Notes under the pieces: model-generated | The model's input: only the letters and a program-made list of their open reading frames with translations | What the model was told of the DNA's origin: nothing | The model's database searches: none | Program-made: the position numbers and the translations under genes | NCBI GenBank assembly: GCA_040389905.1 | Contig: JAZJZK010000059.1 | Coordinates: 1-62,192, forward strand | DNA from: Gemmatimonadota bacterium | Lineage (GTDB): Bacteria > Gemmatimonadota > Gemmatimonadetes > Gemmatimonadales > Gemmatimonadaceae | DNA length: 62,192 nt | Reading direction: 5' to 3' | Shown: in pieces, positions 1 through 8,980 of the stretch | Numbering within the stretch: the stretch's first letter is position 1 | Layout: each line of letters begins with the position of its first letter

Positions 1-60
1 GGCCGACGAGAGGCCGTGGTCGCACAACTCGCTTATTTTAGGCCTAGTTATCAGCTTGTC

Positions 61-107
61 AGCCCCAGCCCGGACGGGGCTCGGCACGGGCTCGGCACAG
101 GCTCGGC
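61..107. repeat. Short GCCCnn/GGGCTC hexamer-periodic repeat downstream of the YVTN gene
   Basis: agccccagcccggacggggctcggcacgggctcggcacaggctcggc; same unit type as 7561-7814. Confidence 0.5.
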
Positions 108-1262
108 TTATTTCCGAACGAGCGGGCTATACGAAATTCCGTCCGGTGCCGTTCCGACTGGTCCAATGCCCAGCACTTTGTGGGTCACGAGGTCCAGCGC
201 CAACACCTGGTCGCTGCCGTTCAAGGTTATGTACGCGATGTCTGCGATCGGATCGAACGTCACCCCTTCCGGCCCTGCGCCCGCCTGCCCGGTGCGCACC
301 GTGAGCCCTTCGAGCTTGGCCACGTCCACCGTCGCGAGTAGCCGGTTCGTCCCGATTTCGTACAACCAGATCTTGTTGGCCGTCGGATCGTTCACGACGG
401 CCACGCGTCCTGTCCGCGAAATCCCGATGCGGTAGGGGGCCCCGAATCCGGTGAGCGTGCCGATCGTGGCGCCCTTCTGCGTGTCGATGATCGTCACGGT
501 CTTCTCCGAATTGCTGCCGACCCACAGCAGAATGCCGCCCGGCGTGGTGGCGATTCCTTCATCGTTCGCCGCGGCGGGGAGCTGCCGCACCGTCTTGCGG
601 GCCTCGAGGTCGAATTCCGTGACGTTCCCGTCTCCGATGTTGGCCGTCCACGCTCGCTTGCCATCGCGTCGGACCGCCACCATGTGGGAACCCTTTCCAT
701 TCGTGGCCAGCGCCGTATCGACCTTCCCGCTGAAGAAGTCCACGATGACGAGACGCTGTGAGGTCTCGCTCGTGACGACGACTTTTCGGCCGTCCTGAAT
801 GAAGGCAGCACCGTGCGGCCGTTTGTATTCGCCGAGATCGATCGTGCGGACGACGGAAAGTGTTGGCGCGGCTAAGTCAATGACGCTCAACGTGTTGCCG
901 AGCGTCGTGCGGTCGCCGTAGTTGGTGACGATGCCCCATCGTCCGTCGGGCGAGATGACGGTCTCGTGCGGGCCAACGCCCACCGGAATCGTGGCGACCG
1001 GCGCCATGGTGCCCGCATCGAGCACGGTCGCACTGGCCGCCTGCTGGTTGGCGACGAGCAGCAACCCTGCGCGCGCCGGCGCGTCGGGACGAGAATTCTC
1101 CGTCACCCGGTTCATGCGCGCGGAGTCGATGCCCGCACGGATGAGCGGTTGCGGACCCGATCGAGGTTGCTCCTCGGTTGGTGGGGTTTGCGTCGAAGCG
1201 CACGCCGTCAGGAGCGTCGCGAGAAGTGGCAAGGCAAGGCGTGGCATCATCATCATTCGAAT
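108..1262 (-). CDS. YVTN/YncE-type beta-propeller lipoprotein
   Basis: Lipobox LLTAC; repeated strand motifs (ATIPVGVGPHETVISPDGR, VGTAPDGISYSP). Start placed at the MMMMPR Met cluster; the ORF is open to 1322. Confidence 0.8.
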   Translation of the reverse strand: MRMMMMPRLALPLLATLLTACASTQTPPTEEQPRSGPQPLIRAGIDSARMNRVTENSRPDAPARAGLLLVANQQAASATVLDAGTMAPVATIPVGVGPHETVISPDGRWGIVTNYGDRTTLGNTLSVIDLAAPTLSVVRTIDLGEYKRPHGAAFIQDGRKVVVTSETSQRLVIVDFFSGKVDTALATNGKGSHMVAVRRDGKRAWTANIGDGNVTEFDLEARKTVRQLPAAANDEGIATTPGGILLWVGSNSEKTVTIIDTQKGATIGTLTGFGAPYRIGISRTGRVAVVNDPTANKIWLYEIGTNRLLATVDVAKLEGLTVRTGQAGAGPEGVTFDPIADIAYITLNGSDQVLALDLVTHKVLGIGPVGTAPDGISYSPLVRK

Positions 1263-1326
1263 GGTGCAGTAGGAGGTCATTCCCAACTCAGGCTTCGGAT
1301 GTTCGTCGGCCGGCGTTTTCATTTTT

Positions 1327-1431
1327 ACCGCAGAGGGCGCAGAGGAGCAGAGGTACGCAGAGGAACAACGGGATGTGCAGCCCTACACGCATTTCCTCTG
1401 CGTTCCTCTGCCCCTCTGCGTCCTCTGCGGT
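1327..1431. repeat. Palindromic intergenic repeat, ACCGCAGAG family (~9-nt periodic arms)
   Basis: accgcagagggcgcagaggagcagaggtacgcagagga ... tcctctgcgttcctctgcccctctgcgtcctctgcggt. Confidence 0.85.
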
Positions 1432-1539
1432 TCAAATGAGTGGGACTCTTCATTCGCAGGGTAAGCCCAAGTGGCGAATGGACACCTGAACGTGGACTCC
1501 GCTACCCGCCAGAGAGACACCTCGCCCTCCCATGTCCCT

Positions 1540-4158
1540 CTATACCCGTACCCCCACACCCCCCGGTGATCCCACCTCGGCCGGCACGGTAACGGTCTCG
1601 AGCACTGGCAACCGAATCGTGAATGTCGTCCCGACCCCGACCTCGCTCTCGACGTCGAGCGTGGCTCCGATGAGGTGGACGAACGACTTCACGATCGACA
1701 ATCCAAGGCCCGTTCCACCGAACTGCCGGCGCGTCGAGCTATCACCCTGTTCGAATGGCTCGAAGATCTTGTCCTGACGCTCCGCCGGAATCCCCATGCC
1801 CGTGTCGCGCACGATGATCTCCCGGGCATGCGACGTGACCGGATCGGCAATCACGCGCACCAGCACCTCCCCCTGCGCCGTAAACTTGATCGCGTTGCCG
1901 ACGAGGTTGATGAGGATCTGGCGCAGTTTGCCCGCATCGGTGACAAACGGAACCACCCGGTCAGGCACCTCCTTCCTCAACGTCAACCCCTTCGACTCCG
2001 CCGTCGACTCCAGCATCGCGAGCGTTTCGTTGACCAGGGCGTCGAGCGCCACGGTATCGCGATCGAGCTCCATGCGTCCCGCTTCGACCTTCGCGACGTC
2101 GAGGATCTGGTTGATGAGTGAAAGGAGATGCATGCCGTTGTCCAGGATGCGCTCCGTGTAGAGCTGCGCACCCGATGACAACACGCCGGCGCGCCCCTGC
2201 AACAACACTTTCGAGAAACCGATGATCGCCGTGAGTGGCGTGCGAAGTTCATGGTTCATGCGCGTCATGAACTCGCTCTTCGTCCGGTTCGCCGACTCCG
2301 CCGCATCCTTCGCCAACCGCAGCGCGTCTTCCACCTTTTTCCGCTCGGCGATGTCGTGCCAGACGGCGAGAATCACGTCGCGCCCATGGAGACGGAGCGG
2401 TGTGAGCGTGACTTCGACCGGGAACTCCGTTCCGTCGTCGCGACGGTGCACCCACTCGAAGCGATGATTGCCGGTAATGCGCGCCTTCTCCCGCATCTGC
2501 GCGCCGACGACGACCGAGAGCCGCCCATCCGGTTGGCGGAGGGGCGAGAGGTCGGCGGGCCGGCGACCCACGAGCGATTCGCGGCGCGGCACACGGAGCA
2601 TGCGCAGTGTGGCCTCGTTGCAGTCGATGATGCCGGCGGCATCGTAGAGCATGTGCGCGTCCGTCGAGCGCTCGAACAGGAGGCGGAAGCGTTCGTCGGA
2701 GGCCTCACGTTCCGTCACGTCGGTACCGGCGGCGATCAGGCCGTGCACCGGCTCGCCGATTCCTGCGCGCAACGGCGTGATGTTCCAGAGCACCATGTGC
2801 CGTTCGTCCGTCGTACTCTTGACCGGGCCGAGCAGGTTGCGAATGGGTTGTCCGTTGAGAACGCCGGTAATGCCCTTTCGCATGCGCGAGCGATGATCCG
2901 TCGTCACGAACTCCGTGGCGTAGTCTCGACCGAGCGCGTTCGCGCGGGTGACACCGAAGAGGACCTCGGCTTCGCGGTTCCACTCGAACACGCGCCCGTC
3001 CGCATCGAGTCCGACGATCACGCTCCCCGCCGTCTCCACGAGGGACCGGAAGAGGGCATGGCCGCGTTCGAGCGCTTCTGCCTGGGCCAGAAGCTCCTGG
3101 TTCTGCATCTCGAGCGCCTGCGCCTGTGCGAGCCGCTCTTCTTCGACTCGGCGCGCGGTGGTGACGTCGCGGAAGATCGTCACGGCGGCGTGCGGGTCTT
3201 CGCTCTCCCCGCGGTATAGCGGGTTGGTGTTGACGGAAAGCCACTTGGTCTTGCCCTTCCCCAGTGCCACGGCAAGCTGAAGGTCTTCGAGCGGCTTGCC
3301 GCTTTGCAACGTCATGCGGCTTGGCGCCTGTTCCAGCGGCGCGCCGTTCTCATCCGTCAGTTGGCGCCCCTTCTCCTTGAGCTGCTGGGCCGCGTTCTCC
3401 TCGCTCACCTCCAGGATCTGCAACGCACTCGGATTCCACGCGATCACATCGCCGTTCTTGTCCGAGATGAGCATTCCATCCGACATGGCGTCGAAAATGG
3501 CCCGGGTGCGGGACTCGCTTTCCTCGAGCGCCTCGACGGTCGCGTTCAGTTGCGCCTGCGTTGGCTGGAGCGCCTGCCGGATGCCGAAGCCGAGCGCAAT
3601 GAGCAGCAAAATGACGCAGGCCGCTTCGAGTTGCAGCAGGTGGTCGACCTGACGGCTCCACTCGATTTCGAGCTCGTCGACGACGTGTTCGAGCGCGACG
3701 GCGAGGCGCTTCTGCTGCGACAGGAGTGAATCGATCTGGGAGGGCGAGGCGTCGGGGGAGGCGGCTCGCAACGCCGATTCCTTGACCGAGTCCTGAAGAG
3801 CCACGAGCGATTCGTAGTCACGAGCCGCGGACGTGTTCTGCGGGATGACGGCGCCGCCGGACGTGAGCGGACGAAGCTCCTGTGAGGCGATGCGAAGCTC
3901 GGTGACGGTCGCGTCGATGCGCGGGGCCCACATCACCCGTTCCTCAGGCGTGGACGACTGCGCGATCAGGGTGAGCGCGACGAGGCGTTCACTGAGCATG
4001 CGCTGGTGGCCGGCCACGTTCATCCGAGCGCCGTCGATGCTGTGGCGCGACGTCTGCGCCACGAGCAATCCAAGTACCGCCACCGCGACGGCGATGACCG
4101 CCAGAACGGTGACACTGGCACGGCGGCCGAGGTTGCTGCGGGGAGGGGCGAGGGGCAT
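1540..4158 (-). CDS. Membrane sensor histidine kinase (PilJ/NarX-like periplasmic domain, 3 PAS, HisKA, HATPase)
   Basis: MNVAGHQRMLSERL P-box-like motif after TM1; H-box MNHELRTPL; N-box NLVGNAIKFT; DTGMGI and GGTGLGL; no receiver domain. Confidence 0.9.
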   Translation of the reverse strand: MPLAPPRSNLGRRASVTVLAVIAVAVAVLGLLVAQTSRHSIDGARMNVAGHQRMLSERLVALTLIAQSSTPEERVMWAPRIDATVTELRIASQELRPLTSGGAVIPQNTSAARDYESLVALQDSVKESALRAASPDASPSQIDSLLSQQKRLAVALEHVVDELEIEWSRQVDHLLQLEAACVILLLIALGFGIRQALQPTQAQLNATVEALEESESRTRAIFDAMSDGMLISDKNGDVIAWNPSALQILEVSEENAAQQLKEKGRQLTDENGAPLEQAPSRMTLQSGKPLEDLQLAVALGKGKTKWLSVNTNPLYRGESEDPHAAVTIFRDVTTARRVEEERLAQAQALEMQNQELLAQAEALERGHALFRSLVETAGSVIVGLDADGRVFEWNREAEVLFGVTRANALGRDYATEFVTTDHRSRMRKGITGVLNGQPIRNLLGPVKSTTDERHMVLWNITPLRAGIGEPVHGLIAAGTDVTEREASDERFRLLFERSTDAHMLYDAAGIIDCNEATLRMLRVPRRESLVGRRPADLSPLRQPDGRLSVVVGAQMREKARITGNHRFEWVHRRDDGTEFPVEVTLTPLRLHGRDVILAVWHDIAERKKVEDALRLAKDAAESANRTKSEFMTRMNHELRTPLTAIIGFSKVLLQGRAGVLSSGAQLYTERILDNGMHLLSLINQILDVAKVEAGRMELDRDTVALDALVNETLAMLESTAESKGLTLRKEVPDRVVPFVTDAGKLRQILINLVGNAIKFTAQGEVLVRVIADPVTSHAREIIVRDTGMGIPAERQDKIFEPFEQGDSSTRRQFGGTGLGLSIVKSFVHLIGATLDVESEVGVGTTFTIRLPVLETVTVPAEVGSPGGVGVRV

Positions 4159-4274
4159 CTAGAGCAGACAGATCACGGGGAACGAACGTCACTCCAATCT
4201 GTCTGACTGGCGAACGCTAGGACAGTCTAGGCTGCCACCTTCGTTCCATATGTTGCGTCCGACCCTCTTACCGG

Positions 4275-4601
4275 TCAGTCCGCTACGCCGACCCGAAGCA
4301 GGGTATCGGCGTCGAGGGTGCGCCAATGGCGAGGGTACTGCCACAGCCGTCTCACACATTCGCGGGAATTGAGCACCAGACAGCGGGAGGCACGCGCCCA
4401 CGACTGCGGCGTGGCCACCTCGCGCACACTCCATTCCACGCCATTCCGATCAATGACGATGTGTGGGTATTGCTCATCGGCCGCCCCGCCACCCGAGGGG
4501 AAGACATGGCCGTTCGTATCGACACTCCAGGACACGGTTATCACCTGCTCTCCGCTGACATCAAATCCGGCACTCACGCGGCCGGGCTGCGGTACCACCA
4601 T
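4275..4601 (-). CDS. Small hypothetical protein (start uncertain)
   Basis: Protein-like C-terminal part GVEWSVREV...CLVLNSRECVRRLWQYPRHWRTL; co-oriented with neighbours. Confidence 0.5.
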   Translation of the reverse strand: MVVPQPGRVSAGFDVSGEQVITVSWSVDTNGHVFPSGGGAADEQYPHIVIDRNGVEWSVREVATPQSWARASRCLVLNSRECVRRLWQYPRHWRTLDADTLLRVGVAD

Positions 4602-4663
4602 GGCCTTTGCATAGGAAGCTTCGTGCCGCGCGCGGCGAATGTGCGGTTTTGGACCGAAAAAGG

Positions 4664-5275
4664 TCAGATTTCGCCGAGCAAGTTGTTGATTCGCTTCTCC
4701 GCGGCGTCCATCGCGCGGCCTTCGAGGATCGAGCGCATGAGATCGTCGACTTCCAACTCGAAATCATCCGGAAACTTCCGGTTTTCCGGAAATCTCAGCA
4801 CGGCTCCGATGACGAGGGGAAAGTGCGGCTCGTTTTCGCTCTTCTCTGCATCGTCATCCTCGCTTTCGTCCTCGGCGGATTTGACGACCTCCTCGAAGGA
4901 CTTGCCCCCGAGGGACACCGAGGTAGCCCAAGGCTCCGCGGGCCGCTCCTCGTCTTCGGGCGACACGTTTTCCTGAATCGCCTGCATGACGCGTTCGGAC
5001 AACAGGGCGCTCAGTTCTCCGCGGACACCGCCTTCTTCTTCCCACGCCGCGCCGACAACGATGACGGGCTCTCCGAAGGCATCGCTCGCGAAAAACGCCT
5101 TCACGAGCTGTGCGGGATAGGCGTTGATGGCGAGGAGGATTTCTTTCGGTCCCGCGCGTGTGAACGCTACAGGTTGGTCGCCGGGCGCGGCGCCCGGACG
5201 GTCGAGTCGCTCGATGCGAAGGAGCAGCGGCTCCGGCACGATGAAGGTCAGCGGGTTTTCGCGTGTGAAGTTCAT
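4664..5275 (-). CDS. Hypothetical acidic protein
   Basis: 203-aa ORF starting 21 nt after the kinase stop; no recognised motif. Confidence 0.7.
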   Translation of the reverse strand: MNFTRENPLTFIVPEPLLLRIERLDRPGAAPGDQPVAFTRAGPKEILLAINAYPAQLVKAFFASDAFGEPVIVVGAAWEEEGGVRGELSALLSERVMQAIQENVSPEDEERPAEPWATSVSLGGKSFEEVVKSAEDESEDDDAEKSENEPHFPLVIGAVLRFPENRKFPDDFELEVDDLMRSILEGRAMDAAEKRINNLLGEI

Positions 5276-5296
5276 GCTGAAAGCATAGACGAGCTT

Positions 5297-7462
5297 CTAG
5301 GTACGTGTAAGCAGTGAGTCGATTGCGCCGCATAGTCCTTCAATCGAGTACGGTTTCGGCACGAACAGCGTTCGTTCGCCGAGCGGAAGATCCCGATCGT
5401 CCGCGGTGTATCCGGAGACGAACACCACAGGCAAGGTGGGTGCGTGCTCCCGAATGAGCGAGACCATCTCGACGCCGCCCATCGTCGGCATCATGACGTC
5501 GCTCACAACCACATCGATGGCTCCCTCGCGTGCGCGAAACTGAAAGAGGCCTTCCACGCCGTCATGTGCGTCGGTGACCGAGAAGCCGGACCGCTCGAGG
5601 AGCCGGCGCGCCTGCGCACGCACCCGTGGCTCGTCCTCCACGAGCAACACGCGACCGCGACGCCCGATGGCCACCTGCTCGCCTGTCACGTGGGGGGTAG
5701 TCGGCGGTTTTGCTTCCTGCGACGTCAATGGGAAATAGAGACGGACACGAGTTCCGGCGCCCGGAGCGCTGTCGAGCGTGACACCGCCGCCTGACTGACG
5801 AGCAATGCCATACACGGTGGACAGGCCGAGTCCCGTTCCACTATGGGGGCCTTTGGTGGTGAAGAAGGGCTCGAAGGCGCGCGCGCGGGTCGGCTCGTCC
5901 ATCCCCATGCCATCGTCCAGCACCTCGAGCGCCGCGTAGGTACCGGCCTCGATTCCGATCACGGCTGCCTCGCTCTCCGACAGCGTGCGGACGGCGGTCG
6001 TCAGGGTGAGCGAGCCACCGGCCGGCATGGCATCGCGCGAATTGATAGCCAGGTTGACGATGACCTGCTCGAGCTGGCCCGCGTCGGCCATGATGTAGAG
6101 TGACCCTGGTGCGCGGTGCACGTCCGTGCGCACCTGCGGACCCAACGCACGGAATAGCAGGCGCGAGACGTTCGTCACCACCTGATTCAACTCGAGCAGT
6201 TCCGGAGCCCGGACCTCTCGGCGCCCGAGGGAAAGCAGTTGGCGCGTGAGCGCGGCCCCGCGTTCGGCGGAGTCGCGAATGTCCTTCACGTCTTCCTGGA
6301 GGGGGCTGCTGGCGGGAAGGTCGCGACCAATCGATTCGGACGCGCCAAGCATGACGCTGAGGAGGTTGTTGAAGTCGTGCGCGACGCCGCCGGCCAGCCC
6401 GCCGACCGCCTCCATCTTCTGCGCCAGCCGGAGCTGCTCCTCGACGGAGCGCTGGCGTTCCTGGAGCTTGATTTCGTCGGTGACGTCCTGCGCCACGACG
6501 ATACGCGCGCGGCGCCCCTCGAGGAGAAAATCACGGGCGACCAGATCGACCTGGATGCGCGTGCCGTCTTTCTTCATATGCTCGACGCGGCTCGGGCTCG
6601 GCGTTCCATCCGCGTTCTCGGCGAAGAGCGTGAAGTTGTGCGCCCCTTCCGGCGTCCGGATGTCGAGCAACGTCATGTTCAGGAATTCCGCTTCGCTGTA
6701 CCCATAGTGCGCCACGGCAGCCGGGTTGACGGCACAGAAGCGAAGGGTTTCGACATCGAAGACCCAGGTGGGCAACGGCGTCACGTCGAACAGGGAGCGG
6801 TATCGCCGTTCGCGGTCGGCGAGTTCCTGCTCGTTGCGGCGGCGCTCCGTGACATCCTCCAGCACGGCGACACTTCCGCTCACCCGTCCGCCCTCGTCGA
6901 ACATCGGGGACGCGGTGATCGACGCGGTGAACACGCTGCCGTCCTTGCGCCGGTGCTCGAGCTCGTACTTCTCGGCGGTCCCCGCGAGCCGCGCGCGCCA
7001 CCGGGCGCGCATGCGTTCACGGCCGGCCTCGTTCGCGAGAAGATCGGCAAAGTCGCTGTCGATCAGCTCTTCGGCGCCGTACCCGGTGAGGTTCGCCAGG
7101 CATTCGTTGGCGTAGACGATCCGGTTGCCCGCGTCAGTGATAACCAACGCGACGTTGAGGCTCTCCGCCAACGCGTGAAAGCTCGCGTCGGCACTATGCA
7201 GCGCGGCGGCTGAGGGGTGTCGGCCGGTCTGGCGCACGCAGATGAGAGCTGCCCCGTCCGGAAGCCTGGAGCTGTGCTGGGATATGGATGGACCCAGGGA
7301 AACGACGAGGCCGCTATATGCCCGTCCAGTGAGGGTGGGAGGCGCTGCCCCGACGAGTTGCCCGAACCGCTCATTCGCCTCGATGACCTGTCCCGCCGAG
7401 TCGACGATGACCATGCCATCAGGGGCATGGAGGAAGTGAGCGCGAAAGTCGGGGAGCGTCAT
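5297..7462 (-). CDS. Cytoplasmic hybrid PAS histidine kinase/response regulator (CckA-like)
   Basis: 3 PAS domains; QKMEAVGGLAGGVAHDFNNLL; EPFFTTKG..GTGLGL; C-terminal receiver (LLVEDE, SDVMMP, KPY). Confidence 0.92.
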   Translation of the reverse strand: MTLPDFRAHFLHAPDGMVIVDSAGQVIEANERFGQLVGAAPPTLTGRAYSGLVVSLGPSISQHSSRLPDGAALICVRQTGRHPSAAALHSADASFHALAESLNVALVITDAGNRIVYANECLANLTGYGAEELIDSDFADLLANEAGRERMRARWRARLAGTAEKYELEHRRKDGSVFTASITASPMFDEGGRVSGSVAVLEDVTERRRNEQELADRERRYRSLFDVTPLPTWVFDVETLRFCAVNPAAVAHYGYSEAEFLNMTLLDIRTPEGAHNFTLFAENADGTPSPSRVEHMKKDGTRIQVDLVARDFLLEGRRARIVVAQDVTDEIKLQERQRSVEEQLRLAQKMEAVGGLAGGVAHDFNNLLSVMLGASESIGRDLPASSPLQEDVKDIRDSAERGAALTRQLLSLGRREVRAPELLELNQVVTNVSRLLFRALGPQVRTDVHRAPGSLYIMADAGQLEQVIVNLAINSRDAMPAGGSLTLTTAVRTLSESEAAVIGIEAGTYAALEVLDDGMGMDEPTRARAFEPFFTTKGPHSGTGLGLSTVYGIARQSGGGVTLDSAPGAGTRVRLYFPLTSQEAKPPTTPHVTGEQVAIGRRGRVLLVEDEPRVRAQARRLLERSGFSVTDAHDGVEGLFQFRAREGAIDVVVSDVMMPTMGGVEMVSLIREHAPTLPVVFVSGYTADDRDLPLGERTLFVPKPYSIEGLCGAIDSLLTRT

Positions 7463-7560
7463 TCAATCCGGAAGGATGCGATGTCAACTATCGAACAGTG
7501 TCGGCATGTGATGGGCGTCACGTTAGTACGACGGGCATGCGCTTTTTCGCACGCGCACTG

Positions 7561-7814
7561 CGGGCGTGGGCCCGAGCCCCAACCGCGGGCTTGGGCGCGG
7601 GCAGGGGCTAGGGCCCGAGCTGGGGCTTACCGTCAGGCTCGGGCAGGAAGGCTTGGGCTGGGGCGTGGGTGGCTTCGAGCGCTGGCCCGAGCCCTTGCCC
7701 GCGCCCTTGCCCAAGCCTGCAGGCAGGCCCGAGCCCAAGCCGTAGCCCGAGCCCGCGGCCAAGCCCGCAGTTGGCCCGGGCCCGAACCCGCGCCCAGGCC
7801 CGCAGTTGGCCCGC
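7561..7814. repeat. Low-complexity hexamer-periodic imperfect inverted repeat array
   Basis: Left half rich in GGGCTn/GGGCnn units, right half in GCCCGA/GCCCAA/GCCCGC units; lies between divergent genes. Confidence 0.7.
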
Positions 7815-7934
7815 ATCCCTAGTTATCAGCCGGGTTCCAAGGGGTGAAGTCCCCAATGCCGTTCGTATCACTCGTGAATAGATTGTTTCCGCGGCGACGT
7901 ATACCGCAGGCGCCCCTTTCAGTCAGGGAACCCC

Positions 7935-8978
7935 ATGCAGGCCAAATCTGAACCAGCGCTCCGGCTCGCCAGAGCGGACGCGCCCGCCTCGACTCCATCC
8001 GATCACCCGTCGCATCTGTCCGCGGCGCACGTCGAGCGGAATCCTGGCACCGCGCTCGATCTCGACATCGTGCGATCCCTTCGGGTGAACCGCTCCGCCG
8101 TCGAGCGACGCTCTGCGACCATCCCGACACGGCGTACCGTGAAAAAGGAGTGGCAGGCCGGCTGGCTGCTGCGGGCGATCACCATGATCGACCTCACCAC
8201 GCTCGCCGGTGACGACACCCCCGGCAATGTCCGCCGCCTGTGCGCCAAGGCCGCACACCCGATCAGGCCGGATCTCGCCGAGTCACTCGGCGTCGCAGAT
8301 CTGCGTCTAACGACTGGCGCAATCTGCGTCTACCACGCGATGGTGCCCACCGCGGTCGAGGCACTCAAGGGAACGGGCGTCCCCGTCGCTGCCGTGTCCA
8401 CCGGCTTTCCCGCCGGCCTCTCACCCCTCGAGGAGCGCGTCCGTGAGATCCGCGCCTCCGTCGCCGCCGGCGCAAAGGAAATCGACATCGTCATTACCCG
8501 CGGCCACGTCCTCACGGGCAACTGGCAGGCGTTGTACGACGAGGTGAAGCTCTTTCGCGAAGCCTGCGGCGACTCCCACATGAAGTCGATTCTCGCCACC
8601 GGCGAGTTGGCGACGCTGGGCAATGTCGCGCGCGCGAGCATGGTCGCCATGATGGCCGGCTCGGACTTCATCAAGACCAGCACCGGAAAGGAAGGGGTCA
8701 ACGCAACGCTCCCCTTCTCGCTCGTGATGGTCCGGATGATTCGTGAGTACTATGAGGCGACGGGTTATGCCGTGGGCTACAAGCCCGCCGGCGGAATCCG
8801 CAGTGCGAAAAATGCCCTCGAATATCTGTATCTGATGAAAGAGGAACTGGGGAATCGCTGGCTCCGGCCGGACCTGTTCCGCTTTGGGGCAAGCGCGTTG
8901 CTCACGGACATCGAGCGCCAGCTCGAGCACTTCGTCACCGGGCGCTACTCTGCGGCGCACCGTCACCCCATGGTGTGA
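7935..8978 (+). CDS. deoC: Deoxyribose-phosphate aldolase
   Basis: IDLTTL, GFPAG, GAKEIDIV, DFIKTSTGK, KPAGGIR, FRFGASALL motifs. Confidence 0.95.
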   Translation: MQAKSEPALRLARADAPASTPSDHPSHLSAAHVERNPGTALDLDIVRSLRVNRSAVERRSATIPTRRTVKKEWQAGWLLRAITMIDLTTLAGDDTPGNVRRLCAKAAHPIRPDLAESLGVADLRLTTGAICVYHAMVPTAVEALKGTGVPVAAVSTGFPAGLSPLEERVREIRASVAAGAKEIDIVITRGHVLTGNWQALYDEVKLFREACGDSHMKSILATGELATLGNVARASMVAMMAGSDFIKTSTGKEGVNATLPFSLVMVRMIREYYEATGYAVGYKPAGGIRSAKNALEYLYLMKEELGNRWLRPDLFRFGASALLTDIERQLEHFVTGRYSAAHRHPMV

Positions 8979-8980
8979 CC

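Noticed and set aside
7523..7871. Pro/Gly-rich ORFs over the hexamer array
   Set aside because: Translation artefacts of the low-complexity repeat, open in several frames.
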